Origin: Longimicrobiales bacterium
GTDB lineage: Bacteria > Gemmatimonadota > Gemmatimonadetes > Longimicrobiales > Gaopeijiaceae
NCBI GenBank assembly: GCA_963422615.1
Contig: OY730414.1
Coordinates: 806,001-870,000 of the forward strand
Reading direction: 5' to 3'
Length of the DNA stretch: 64,000 nt
Part shown: positions 35,689 through 45,442 of the stretch, in pieces
Layout: every line of letters begins with the position of its first letter
Position numbering within the stretch: position 1 is the first letter of the stretch
Notes under the pieces: generated by a model
Database searches by the model: none
The model's input: only the letters and a program-made list of their open reading frames with translations
Told to the model about the DNA's origin: nothing
Program-made: the position numbers and the translations under genes

Positions 35689-37680
35689 GTGATCTCGGTG
35701 GCCGGCCTCGAAAAGTCCTTTGGTGACCGGACCCTCTTCGCCGGCGCTTCCTTCCTGCTGAACGCCGGCGAGCGCTACGGACTGGTGGGCGCCAACGGCT
35801 CTGGGAAAACCACGCTTCTGAACATCCTTGCGGCTGACATGGAGGCAAGCGCGGGCTCCGTTTCCATACCCAGAGGGGTGCGTCTCGGGGTCCTCCGCCA
35901 GGACCGGTTCCTCTATGAGGACGAAGAAATCCTCCCCGTCGCGCTGATGGGCAACGCCGAGCTCTGGGCGGCCATGGCCGAGAAGGAGAAGATCCTGGCC
36001 CAGTCAGAGCGGCACTTCGACGCCAACCGTTTCTCCGAGCTGGAAGACGTCGTCCAGCGTCACGACGGCTACATGGCCGAAGCCCGGGCCGCGGCGATTC
36101 TGGAAGGGCTCGGGATCCCGGCGAATATTCACCGGAACCCGCTTTCCACCCTTTCGGGCGGTTTCAGGCTCCGGGTACTCCTGGCCCAGGTGTTGGCGAG
36201 TGCTCCCGATGTCCTCCTCCTGGACGAGCCCACCAACCACCTGGACATCCTTGCCATCCGGTGGCTGGAGAAGTTCCTCCGCGGCTTCTCCGGCGCCGTG
36301 GTCGTCATCAGCCACGACCACCGCTTCCTCGACAACGTGGCGACCCACATCCTGGACGTGGATTACGAGACCGTCCTCTCCTACCCCGGCAACTACAGCC
36401 GCTTCCTGGAGGCCAAGAAGGCCGAACGAGGGCGGAGGGAGAAGGAAATCGTCGCCCGCCAGAAGGAAATCGTCCACCACCAGAAGTTCGTGGACCGGTT
36501 CCGGGCCAAGGCGACCAAGGCACGACAAGCGCAGAGCAAGCTCCGCCTGATCGAGAAGAAGGCGGCCGGGCTCGACCGGCTCCCTCGCAGCTCCCGCCGC
36601 TATCCGGCTTTCCGTTTCGAGCAGAGACGCCCGAGCGGACAGGAGGTCGTCAAGGTCAGCGGGGTCGCCAAGTCCTTCGGCGACAACCACGTCCTTCAGG
36701 GGGTCGGTCTCAGGGTCAATCGGGGTGACCGGATCGCCATCATGGGACCAAACGGGATCGGGAAATCTACTCTGCTGAAGATCATGATGGGCCGCCTGGA
36801 GGCGGACGAAGGGTCGGTCGAATGGGGATACGAGACCCATCCCGGGCACTTCGCCCAGGACTACGGGGACCACTTCCGTTCCCTGGACCGGAGCGCGGAG
36901 GCGTGGATCGAGGACTTCTGCGACGGGAAGGGAAGGGGATACGCCCTGAGCAGGATGGGGATGGTGCTCTTTTCCGGAGACGACGCCGAGAAGCGTCTCG
37001 GGTCCCTCTCCGGAGGCGAGGCCGCACGTTTGGTCTTTTGCAGCCTCATGATTCGGATGCCGAATGTCCTCGTCCTGGACGAACCCACGAACCACCTGGA
37101 CCTGGAGGCCATCGAGGCCCTGGTTGAGGGCCTTCGGGGCTATGATGGCACCTTGGTCTTCGTCTCCCATGACCGCTGGTTCGTGAGCCGCTTGGCCAAC
37201 CGGATCGTGGAGATCACTCCCGGGGGGATCCGGGACTACCGGGGCAGCTACGAGGAGTACGTCCACTTCTGCGGAGACGACCACCTGGATGCGGATACCG
37301 TCGTCCTGAAGGCAAAAGTCCTGAAGGCAAAAAAGGACAAGCGCAGGCGCGCCCGTTCGGGCCCCGGGAAGGGCCAGGCGACAGTCGGGGGCCGGTCCCG
37401 GAGTGGGCGCCGGACCGGACCGAAGGGCGGTGTGGGTCGCCCGAGTCCGGAGCGCGGTCGGAAGGAAATGGAGGCACTCCTTGGGCGAATCACCAGCCGC
37501 ATTGAATCGGCGGAGGTGAGGATCTCCGAAATCGACGCCGTTTTCGCCAGCGCATCGTACTCCGACAAAGCCCGCCTGGAAGAGATACGCGCCCTCAAGC
37601 TGGAACGCTTGGAACTTGTGGAGGAAGTGGCTCGCCTGATGAGCGAATGGGAGGAAGTGGAAGCCGAACTTGCGCTCTGA
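35689..37680 (+). CDS. ABC-F family ribosome-associated ATPase
   Basis: Two NBDs (GANGSGKTT/LSGG/LLLDEPTNHLD and GPNGIGKST/LSGGE/LVLDEPTNHLD); no TM segments; C-terminal coiled coil. Confidence 0.95.
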   Translation: MISVAGLEKSFGDRTLFAGASFLLNAGERYGLVGANGSGKTTLLNILAADMEASAGSVSIPRGVRLGVLRQDRFLYEDEEILPVALMGNAELWAAMAEKEKILAQSERHFDANRFSELEDVVQRHDGYMAEARAAAILEGLGIPANIHRNPLSTLSGGFRLRVLLAQVLASAPDVLLLDEPTNHLDILAIRWLEKFLRGFSGAVVVISHDHRFLDNVATHILDVDYETVLSYPGNYSRFLEAKKAERGRREKEIVARQKEIVHHQKFVDRFRAKATKARQAQSKLRLIEKKAAGLDRLPRSSRRYPAFRFEQRRPSGQEVVKVSGVAKSFGDNHVLQGVGLRVNRGDRIAIMGPNGIGKSTLLKIMMGRLEADEGSVEWGYETHPGHFAQDYGDHFRSLDRSAEAWIEDFCDGKGRGYALSRMGMVLFSGDDAEKRLGSLSGGEAARLVFCSLMIRMPNVLVLDEPTNHLDLEAIEALVEGLRGYDGTLVFVSHDRWFVSRLANRIVEITPGGIRDYRGSYEEYVHFCGDDHLDADTVVLKAKVLKAKKDKRRRARSGPGKGQATVGGRSRSGRRTGPKGGVGRPSPERGRKEMEALLGRITSRIESAEVRISEIDAVFASASYSDKARLEEIRALKLERLELVEEVARLMSEWEEVEAELAL

Positions 37681-37817
37681 GGTGCCACCCGGTACCGCCG
37701 GCGAGCCCTGCTAGCGCCGTAAGCCGGCATGGGAACCATGATTGGTCTTCTGTGGTATCCGTTGATTTGAGGCTCGCCCGATGGCGCGAGCACGGATCAA
37801 GACAGGAGGGACAAGCT

Positions 37818-38275
37818 ATGTTTGCATCAAAGCAATTTGCATGGATCGCTGTCGGCGCAACGACCCTTGCGGGGCCGTCGGCATTGGATACCTGCCAGGC
37901 CGGTTCTCCCACGGGGTGGAGTCCGGAGGTGGTTTCGGTTCGGGGTGCCTCCGGCCCTGCGCTTACATTCGCGCTCTCCGAAGTCGGCAGTGATCCACAC
38001 GGGGGTCGACATTCACGGGGTTCGGGTTGAGCCACTTGGTGGGGCGGAGTGTGACCCTACCGGCGGAGCTGAACCCTGAAGAATACTCCAGACTCGTCGA
38101 AGCAGGCGCACCATCCAGCGTTGGTAAATGCAACGGGGGAAAAGGGTCTACATCCTGCGGTGTAAGTTGTGGCGGCGATGGTTGCTCTGTAAGCTGTAGC
38201 CCAGGGTACACCCCGTGCTGCAAATGCGGATTTACAGGAGTTTCGTGCTATTACGTAAAAGAGGCACCCAATTGA
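37818..38275 (+). pseudogene. secreted Cys-rich small protein split by a frameshift (37818-38030 and ~37994-38275)
   Basis: Strong RBS AGGAGG with ATG 37818 and a signal-like N-terminus; the -1 frame is open from 37994 and ends in a 9-Cys domain. Confidence 0.55.
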
Positions 38276-39396
38276 ACACCTTGCCCATACCTGGCGAACG
38301 TTGCCCGAAGGCGTTGGCGGTGGCTTTTGCCTGGTTTGGGGTGACTTTTGCGATAGGCTTGCCCCCGCCCCTCAAGGCCCAGATCGCCGAGTGGCGCCTG
38401 GCGGATCTCCCGGTCTTCGAAGTCGGTCGGGACGACGGCGTGTGGCTTCACGGAGTGACCGACGCGGTTTTCTCGGCGGGCGGAGTTTTGCTCATCGCCG
38501 ACAACGGGAACAACAGGGTGCTTCGCCTGTCGCCCGAGGGGGAGGTCGTCGATTCTTTGGGCAGGGAGGGGGCAGGGCCTGGAGAATTCGAATCGGTAAC
38601 CAGGGTCTTCACGGCAGGCGACACCGCCCTCGTTTACGATGTGGTTCAACACCGTGTCACTTCGTGGGTATCCGGCCAGAAGCCGGTGGTTCGCCAACTG
38701 CCTCAATGGAACGGATTCCACACGGTCATGAGGGGTGTCGTTTCGCCCGGGGCTTGGCTTCTCTCGACGCATGAGACGTCTTTCGAGGGCCAGACGGCCT
38801 TCCGGGAGGTGTGGACGGACGTGCTTTCCTTCGATCCCGTCGCACGGACGACGACTCCGCTTGGCCGGCGCCATATCAACTACGAGTACTTCGTCAGAGA
38901 ACAATACGGACCCGAGAATTGGGGAACAACGACCTACGGAATGGATTTTCTCGGCAGCGCCCATCTGGCGGCGGCGGACGGTAGCTGGATGTTCGTACCG
39001 ATGGACCGGGCGGTGGTCGAAGTCCACGCTGTCAACGGCTTGAGCTCTGCCTTGGTAGCGTTACCCGTCGAGCTGAAGCCGTACAGCAAGGAAGTTTGGG
39101 AGCCGACGAGAGATAGGTTGCTTTCGGGGACGAGTGGCCGGAGTAAAGCCCGTGCGGTACGAATTAGCGAAGAACTGTGGGTGGAAAAGTTCGCGGTTGG
39201 TGCTCCCGCGGGAGAAGCCGAAGAAACGGAGTGGATCGTGACGAATCCCCTGAGGGGCGATGTGGGCGCGACCGTGGTGGTTGAGCCGGGCGTGAAGTTG
39301 CTTGGCGGCGCGGGCGAGCTCGCGGTGGTCGTCGTGCACACCGATCTGGACGAAGAGATCGTCCAGGTGCGAAAGATCCTCCGCGGGGAAACGTGA
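38272..39396 (+). CDS. secreted 6-bladed beta-propeller (NHL-like) protein
   Basis: TTG 38272 overlaps the upstream TGA; signal-like segment; LLIADNGNNRV, GREGAGPGEF, GDTALVYD, D.DE..V.V tail. Confidence 0.75.
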   Translation: MNTLPIPGERCPKALAVAFAWFGVTFAIGLPPPLKAQIAEWRLADLPVFEVGRDDGVWLHGVTDAVFSAGGVLLIADNGNNRVLRLSPEGEVVDSLGREGAGPGEFESVTRVFTAGDTALVYDVVQHRVTSWVSGQKPVVRQLPQWNGFHTVMRGVVSPGAWLLSTHETSFEGQTAFREVWTDVLSFDPVARTTTPLGRRHINYEYFVREQYGPENWGTTTYGMDFLGSAHLAAADGSWMFVPMDRAVVEVHAVNGLSSALVALPVELKPYSKEVWEPTRDRLLSGTSGRSKARAVRISEELWVEKFAVGAPAGEAEETEWIVTNPLRGDVGATVVVEPGVKLLGGAGELAVVVVHTDLDEEIVQVRKILRGET

Positions 39397-40355
39397 TGGC
39401 TGACGGCGCTCCGCACCACAGGGTGTTCGCTGCGGTTGCACTCGCCGCCGCCGCGGGTTGCTCGTCGGAGCCGTGGCCGGAGCCGCTTCCAATCCCCGCC
39501 GAAGTTCTTGCGGCCGACCACGAGGAATGGCGCCTGAACCGACGGAGCCGACTCACGGATTCCGAGGGCGGCGTCGTCAGTTGGATCGGTCTCTGGGAGC
39601 TGGGTCAAGGGCCTACCCGGTTCGGTGCCGACTCTGCCCAGGACATCGTGTTGCCAGGCAAAGATTCCCCGCCCTTTGCAGGAACCCTTCGCCGGGCGGG
39701 GATGGAGGTGCGCTTGGAGCCGGAGAAGGGAAGCGGCTTGCGCGTCCGGGGCGGCGATGTCGTGACGGCCCCCGTCGTGCTGGAAAATGATCGCGCAGAC
39801 AGCGTGACGGTTTTGGCCCTGGGGTCCCTGGGCATGAGAATTCACGCCGAGAGGGGCACGGACCGGCTGTGGCTCCGGGTCTGGGACGAGGACTCCCCGA
39901 AGCTGGCGACCTTCCAGTTGCCGGAGTACTACCCGGTCAGAAACGAATGGCGGGTTGCGGCGCGGCTGGACCCGTTTCCCGAACCTCGAGTCATGGAGCT
40001 GGCGGACGTGACCGACGGCACCGTTGAGAACGTGTCGCCGGGGGAGCTGGTCTTCCGCGTCCGGGGAAGGGAGCACCGGTTTGTTGCGTTCGCGACGTCC
40101 GAGCGGAGGGATTACTTCGTCATGCTGTGGGACTCAACGGCAACGGTTGACACGTACCAGGCGGGCCGATATTTGCGCGTTCCATTCCCCGGCGAAGACG
40201 GTTGGACGACCATCGACTTCAACCGGACCTACAACCCTCCCTGCGTCTTTACGCCGTATTCCGTGTGCTCCCTCCCGCCCCGAGAAAGCCGACTTGAGCT
40301 TGCCGTTATGGCAGGAGAAAAACGACCGGTTGGCCCCGAACAGATGGGATGCTGA
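39393..40355 (+). CDS. DUF1684 domain-containing lipoprotein
   Basis: D.T....TY.AGRYL and IDFNRTYNPPCVFTPYSVC.LPP...L...V.AGEK signature; lipobox AAGC. Confidence 0.9.
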   Translation: MMADGAPHHRVFAAVALAAAAGCSSEPWPEPLPIPAEVLAADHEEWRLNRRSRLTDSEGGVVSWIGLWELGQGPTRFGADSAQDIVLPGKDSPPFAGTLRRAGMEVRLEPEKGSGLRVRGGDVVTAPVVLENDRADSVTVLALGSLGMRIHAERGTDRLWLRVWDEDSPKLATFQLPEYYPVRNEWRVAARLDPFPEPRVMELADVTDGTVENVSPGELVFRVRGREHRFVAFATSERRDYFVMLWDSTATVDTYQAGRYLRVPFPGEDGWTTIDFNRTYNPPCVFTPYSVCSLPPRESRLELAVMAGEKRPVGPEQMGC

Positions 40356-40419
40356 CCCGGACCGGTACGTTTTATCCGGGCACTACGTGCCCACGAGATG
40401 TTCGCCCAGCGGTTACCGC

Positions 40420-41019
40420 TCAGTCGTAAGGACTGTCCAGGTACCGGGCCGGGATCGGTCCCGCATCCGGTTCGTGTTGCCAGAAGATGGTCAGCACCCA
40501 CCACCGTTCTCCGTCGTTCAGGAGCTGGATGGAATTGATGCCCCGGTTGAAAGGCTCCGGGTCTTCTTCGGTTCGGTAGGAGGCGTAGCTGCTGAACCGG
40601 TGAGCGATATTCCCGTAGACCTCGGTCACATTTCCGATTTCGATCTCGTAGAAGCCGTTTTCCGTGAAGGACTCGTCCGCCAAGGTCACGAAGTCCTCCG
40701 GCGACATGCCGTTGGCGACCCAGCGGCCATCCTGGTTGGCGCCCACGGGGTACAACCGGGCGTTTGGAAGAAAGAGGGAGTGCCACCGGTCCCAGTCCCG
40801 CGGGGTGCCCGCCGGACCCGAGATCACCTCATACACGGCCGCAGTGATCGCCTCAACGGACGCCACATCGGCAGGGTCGGCTTCCGGAACCGCCATGACT
40901 TCGGCCACCTCCGGCTCGGGCGGGGGCGCCTCACTGCTCTCGGTTTCCCCGCATCCCACCGCAAGAACGACTGCTGCGATCAGCCAGACTCCCGGCTGGG
41001 CCTTTCTGCGTATGGTCAT
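40420..41019 (-). CDS. lipoprotein with NTF2/SnoaL-like fold
   Basis: Lipobox AVGC; YEVISGPAG..RDWDR...LF, F.E.E, RGINSIQL..DG.RWW. Confidence 0.75.
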   Translation of the reverse strand: MTIRRKAQPGVWLIAAVVLAVGCGETESSEAPPPEPEVAEVMAVPEADPADVASVEAITAAVYEVISGPAGTPRDWDRWHSLFLPNARLYPVGANQDGRWVANGMSPEDFVTLADESFTENGFYEIEIGNVTEVYGNIAHRFSSYASYRTEEDPEPFNRGINSIQLLNDGERWWVLTIFWQHEPDAGPIPARYLDSPYD

Positions 41020-41038
41020 GAAATCCTCACCTCCGATC

Positions 41039-41100
41039 CTGAAAAGGTCCGTGTGAACTGAAAGTCTCCGCGTGACCCGATCCTGAAAGTCTCCGCGTGA
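41039..41100. repeat. three 18-bp direct repeats in a divergent intergenic region
   Basis: CTGAAAAGGTCCGTGTGA (41039), CTGAAAGTCTCCGCGTGA (41058), CTGAAAGTCTCCGCGTGA (41083). Confidence 0.85.
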
Positions 41101-41269
41101 ATAGACATCAGAGAATCATAAGGGAGCGCGGGAATTTGGACCATGATTTCGTATCCGCAAACTAGCAAGGATAGCTCGCGACGGGCGGGTATGTCCCCTA
41201 ACGTCATGCGCGGCGTCGGCGTTTCGTCGCCTTGTGTCCCCGGGGGGAGATCTGGCGCAAGCGATATCT

Positions 41270-41285
41270 TGGCGCGACTTTGGCA
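41270..41285 (+). promoter_or_regulatory. candidate sigma-54 (-24/-12) promoter
   Basis: TGGCGCG-ACTT-TGGCA keeps the GG-N10-GC spacing of consensus TGGCACG-N4-TTGCW; about 150 nt upstream of the DUF4399 gene. Confidence 0.35.
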
Positions 41286-41432
41286 AATCCGCCTTGCCGG
41301 CATACTGATAAGCAAGCGGTTGAGCGGGGGCGGGCGGTTCGGGCCCTGCCGGCTGGACCCTGTCGGCTGGGAAAATTCCGTTATCTCTTGCGAGGCGAGA
41401 GATCTCGGCGTTCACACGACCGGAGTGGCTGA

Positions 41433-41873
41433 ATGACGCGAAGCATGGTTGGATTCGGGACCGCGGTGGCGGTCATGGGGTGTGGAGGAGGAACAGGAGA
41501 GAGGACGGAAGAGCCGCCCTCGGAGGTGGGATCGGCCGCCTCGGTGGAGATCGTGCAGCCCGCGGACGGAGCGGTTCTTGATTCGGGGCCGGTTCTGGTG
41601 GTCATGGAAGCGGAAGGTGTGACCATCGCCCCCGCGGGAACGATGGACACGGGTACGGGCCACCATCACCTTATCGTAGACGGCGATGTGGACTGGACGC
41701 TGCCGATCCCCAACGACCCCGGAGTCCACTACCACATGGGGTTGGCCCAGACCGACTTCACCCTGGAAGAACTCTCGCCGGGGGAGCACCGGATCATCGC
41801 GGTCGTGGCGGACGGGGTACACATTCCCCTTGATCCTCCCGTTAGCGACACGATCACCGTCACCATCCGCTGA
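41433..41873 (+). CDS. DUF4399 domain-containing lipoprotein
   Basis: I..P.DGA, PAG....TGHHHLIVD, H.G.AQT....L.PGEH.I, D..H, S..IT.T. Confidence 0.85.
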   Translation: MTRSMVGFGTAVAVMGCGGGTGERTEEPPSEVGSAASVEIVQPADGAVLDSGPVLVVMEAEGVTIAPAGTMDTGTGHHHLIVDGDVDWTLPIPNDPGVHYHMGLAQTDFTLEELSPGEHRIIAVVADGVHIPLDPPVSDTITVTIR

Positions 41874-41890
41874 ACCCGGCGGGACCGTCC

Positions 41891-43252
41891 ATGCGCCGGG
41901 GCCGCCCCTGGCTTCGCGTTGCCGCCGTTCGTGTTGTCGCAAGGTTCTTTCTGCTGGGCACCGGATTGCTCTGCCTGGCCGGATGTGGTGACTACGCTGC
42001 CGGCCGGGGACTGGCGGCTCGGGCCGGAGACTGGACCCTGACGGAAGACCGCCTCGCCGAACTCCTCGTTCTTGCCCAGCCCTTTCCCCTGGATACGGGA
42101 TCGGTTTTCGACTTGGTCCGCCACTGGCAGGGTGCTGCCGCGCTTGCCCTCCGATCCGCCGCAGGCGACTCCCTCCTCGTCGCCGACGCCCTTGCCACTT
42201 CGACTTGGCTGGACCGACGGGAGGCCCTCCTCGCCGCCGACCGGGACGACCGCCTGAGCGAAACCGTTGCCCTGTCTCCCGCGGTGGTGGAGGACGTCTT
42301 TCGGGAAGGATCGCTTCGCTTGGTCGCCCATGTCCTTCGCAGGGTTGGCCCCATGACCTCTTCCAACGAAAGGCTGCTGCAGCAGCGCACGGCGGAACGG
42401 ATCCTTGGCGCGTTGGTTGAAGGCGGTTCCTGGGACCAAGCCGTGTCCGAAAGCGAAGACGTCGGATCTCGGCAGGCGGCGGGGATCCTCGGGCTTGTCG
42501 CAGAGGGAGAACTTCCTTCGACCCTGGACCGGGCCGCCTTTCGTCTGGAGCCGGGCCAGGTTTCGGCCGTGGCCCAGACCAGCCAGGGATTTCACATTCT
42601 GTATCGGCCCCGTTTCGAAGACGTGGAGGGGCTCTTTGGGAGCCTCTTGCGGAACCGTCGCTTGGCGGAGGCGGATGCGGTGGCCGGCGAAGAGGAGCGG
42701 TCCGCGAAGGGCTTTGAAGGGGTATCCGGGGCCACAGGCGTGCTGGAGCGGATCGCGGCGGAGCCCCGGGCGTGGTTGGAATCGCGCCGTCCCATGGCGA
42801 CGTGGGAGGGCGGGTCCATGGACGCGGGCGTCTTGGCCCGGTATCTGCTTTTCTTCCCGGAGGCGTCTCGGGCCGAACTTGCTGGGGCCGACGACGCGGC
42901 CAGGAGGAAGCTGATCCTCGAGCTGGGAACCCGTGAACTCCGCCTTGGTGACGCCCGGGAGCGGGGCCTGGTCCTCGTTCCCTCGGTGGAGGACGGTTTC
43001 GTGCGCGCCCACGAAGCCGAAATCGAGTACTGGACCCAGGTGCTGGAACTGGCCGGGCCGCAGGGATCGCGCCGGGCGGCCCTGAGTCGCTACATGGAAC
43101 GGGTCGTATCCCGACAGGAGGAAGCTCGGTCCCTGTCGCCCCTTTTTGAAGCTTGGCTCCTGGGCCGGGTGGATGGTCGGATCCGGGAGCGGGGGGTTCT
43201 TGCGGCAAGCGTCAAGGCGCAACGGATGATTGAAGGCGCGGGAGGATCGTGA
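41891..43252 (+). CDS. PpiC/parvulin-type peptidylprolyl isomerase lipoprotein (PrsA/SurA-like)
   Basis: Lipobox LAGC; HVL...SED.GS...G.LG......L...AF.L.PGQVS...T.QGFHIL rotamase motif. Confidence 0.78.
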   Translation: MRRGRPWLRVAAVRVVARFFLLGTGLLCLAGCGDYAAGRGLAARAGDWTLTEDRLAELLVLAQPFPLDTGSVFDLVRHWQGAAALALRSAAGDSLLVADALATSTWLDRREALLAADRDDRLSETVALSPAVVEDVFREGSLRLVAHVLRRVGPMTSSNERLLQQRTAERILGALVEGGSWDQAVSESEDVGSRQAAGILGLVAEGELPSTLDRAAFRLEPGQVSAVAQTSQGFHILYRPRFEDVEGLFGSLLRNRRLAEADAVAGEEERSAKGFEGVSGATGVLERIAAEPRAWLESRRPMATWEGGSMDAGVLARYLLFFPEASRAELAGADDAARRKLILELGTRELRLGDARERGLVLVPSVEDGFVRAHEAEIEYWTQVLELAGPQGSRRAALSRYMERVVSRQEEARSLSPLFEAWLLGRVDGRIRERGVLAASVKAQRMIEGAGGS

Positions 43253-44550
43253 CGGGCCTGCAAGACGGGTTGGGTTGGGGAGGGGGTCCGCACCCGTACC
43301 CATTCGGGCCGCCCCTCGGGTCGCGCCTTGAGGGAAGCGCGAATCGGGGTGCCCGATTGCGCCGCGGACGTAGACGCGTCCGACCCTGCCGCTTCCTTGT
43401 CGTCGGCTTCGTCCTCTGGGGATGCGGAGATGCGGGACCCGGAGTCCCGTCGCTGGAACCAGGCGAACCCTTTCGGGGCCTCGATTCGGGAGACAGGGGT
43501 CGCTTTTTCCTCGGTCGCGCCCTTTTCGAGCGCCTCGCCACTGTGGATGAAGGCCTGGGTCCCCTCTACAACGCCCAGCGGTGCAGCAGCTGCCACGACC
43601 AGCCCGTCACCGGGGGTGGTGGTACTCGGGTGCTGGTCCTCAAGGCGACGCGCTTCGCAGACGGCACGTGCGACCGACTCGAATCGGAGGGGGGAGACAA
43701 CATCCAGCGGCGCACGACGGATCTCATGGCCGCTCTCGGGTGGGGACCGGAAGAGATCCCCGGGTCTGCCACGGACACGGTGCGGGTGACCGCGCCCCCG
43801 TTGCTGGGCCTGGGCTTGGTCGAAGCGGTGCCCGACTCGGTCCTGGAAGAGATCGCCGACCCCGGGGATCTGGACGGCGACGGGATCTCGGGTCGGCTGC
43901 CCCGTTTGGCGAACGGCGGTTCCGCCCGTTTCGGGCGCAAGGGAGACGCGTCCACCCTGGAGGACTTCGTGGACACCGCCCTCCGTTTCGAGCTGGGCTT
44001 CACCACGCCGGGCCACCTGGCCGAAGAGACCCGAAACGGGGTTCCCCTGCCCCCGGAAGTCGACCCCGCCGCGGACCCGGAGATCGACGGAGAGGCGCTG
44101 GGCATCCTCGTCGCATACATTCGCTTTCTCGCCCCTCCGGATCCCGAGGTGGCGTCGTCCCCCGCGGCGCGGGACACAGTCTCTCGGGGTGCCGCGCTGT
44201 TCGGCCAGATCGGGTGCACCTCCTGCCACCGCGAGACGGTGCGAACGGGCCGGGATGCTCATCCCGTCCTGGCGAATCGAACGATTCGACCGTATTCGGA
44301 CTTCCTGCTCCACGATCTGGGCGCCGGGCTGGCCGACGTGTGCGGCGTGGATGCCGCCCCCGGGGAGCTCCGTACGGCGCCCCTCTGGGGGATTCGGTAC
44401 CGCGACCGGCTTCTGCACGATGGCCGCGCAGAGACCGTCACGGCGGCGATCTCGGCCCACGGGGGCGAAGCGGTCGCGGCCCGGGACGCCTTTGCGGCTC
44501 TCCCAGCGGAAGCCCGGACCGCCCTTGTACGTTTCCTGAAGTCTCTTTGA
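43249..44550 (+). CDS. di-heme oxidoreductase (DHOR) family c-type cytochrome, copy 1
   Basis: GLGPLYNA..CSSCH, P.L.GLGLVEAVPD, DPGDLDGDGISGR, RFGRK, GCTSCH, YSD.LLHD.G, RTAPLWG, LHDGRA, HGGEA. The start is uncertain. Confidence 0.9.
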   Translation: MTGLQDGLGWGGGPHPYPFGPPLGSRLEGSANRGARLRRGRRRVRPCRFLVVGFVLWGCGDAGPGVPSLEPGEPFRGLDSGDRGRFFLGRALFERLATVDEGLGPLYNAQRCSSCHDQPVTGGGGTRVLVLKATRFADGTCDRLESEGGDNIQRRTTDLMAALGWGPEEIPGSATDTVRVTAPPLLGLGLVEAVPDSVLEEIADPGDLDGDGISGRLPRLANGGSARFGRKGDASTLEDFVDTALRFELGFTTPGHLAEETRNGVPLPPEVDPAADPEIDGEALGILVAYIRFLAPPDPEVASSPAARDTVSRGAALFGQIGCTSCHRETVRTGRDAHPVLANRTIRPYSDFLLHDLGAGLADVCGVDAAPGELRTAPLWGIRYRDRLLHDGRAETVTAAISAHGGEAVAARDAFAALPAEARTALVRFLKSL

Positions 44551-44707
44551 GGCTCTGACTTTGGTAGGATAGAACCCCAAGGGGTAGAACATTGCGGGGG
44601 GTGCGGGAAAGACGTTAGGTACGTAAAATCGTCTGCGGTCGGAAGGCGCCTTCTATCCAGTGTAAGACGCCCATAGCCCGGTTAAGGCTTGAGCAAGGGA
44701 GGGTAAC

Positions 44708-45442
44708 GTGCCCCACATCACGAAACGGCGGAGATGGTTTGTGGCCTTCGGGGTCGTGCCGGGACTGAAGGGGGGCGTTGGGGTTTTCGCGTGGTTGTTG
44801 GCGTTTCCGGTGGTGGGGGTGGCACAGGCGGGGGAGGGGATGACGGAGGAGGGGGCGGTGCGGGCACTGTTGGACAGCCGCTTGACGCCGGAGCGGGCGC
44901 GGGCGGCTTCGTATGCCTATGACCTGGGTCCTAGGGCGGGGTACGAGCTTCGGGGTGCGGTGACTGCAGCGGCGTGGGCGGAGTTGCGGGAGACGCCGCT
45001 GACCGGTTCCGGCAAGTCGGACGCGCTGGCGGACCTGGGGGCAGCGGCCTTTCCGGCCGTGCTGGAGTTTGTCGCCAACCCGGATACACGTCGCTCCGGC
45101 GTCACAGATGGCCTTGTCGCGCTGCGGTTCATGCTGGAGGACGGTTCCCTCGGCGAGGCCGAGGTGGTGCGGGCCCGGTTGTCGGGCACCCAAGATTATT
45201 CCATCGTGAAGGCTGGCCTGCATTTGGCGGTCGCGCTGGAGGACCCGGAGCTGCGGCAGATCGTGCAGGAGATTGCAACCAACGGCGCCGCTGCGGCCGC
45301 GCGGGTGTCCCGCTATTTTTCCGACGGAACGATCAGCCGCAACTACGAAAGAAATGTGAATAACGTTCAGGACCATGCGCGTGCCCTGCTGCCCGACCCG
45401 GACGAAGTCCTTCCGCGGCGGCGGCCCTATCCCCGCCGTTGA
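44708..45442 (+). CDS. hypothetical secreted helical protein
   Basis: 244-aa ORF with a signal-like segment (…VVGVAQA); no family recognised. Confidence 0.5.
   Translation: MPHITKRRRWFVAFGVVPGLKGGVGVFAWLLAFPVVGVAQAGEGMTEEGAVRALLDSRLTPERARAASYAYDLGPRAGYELRGAVTAAAWAELRETPLTGSGKSDALADLGAAAFPAVLEFVANPDTRRSGVTDGLVALRFMLEDGSLGEAEVVRARLSGTQDYSIVKAGLHLAVALEDPELRQIVQEIATNGAAAAARVSRYFSDGTISRNYERNVNNVQDHARALLPDPDEVLPRRRPYPRR

Noticed and set aside
37781..38275. Selenocysteine or stop read-through at TGA 37991 joining ORF 37781 to the Cys-rich ORF
   Set aside because: The strong RBS and signal peptide belong to the ATG 37818 frame and I see no clear SECIS; a single frameshift is the simpler explanation.
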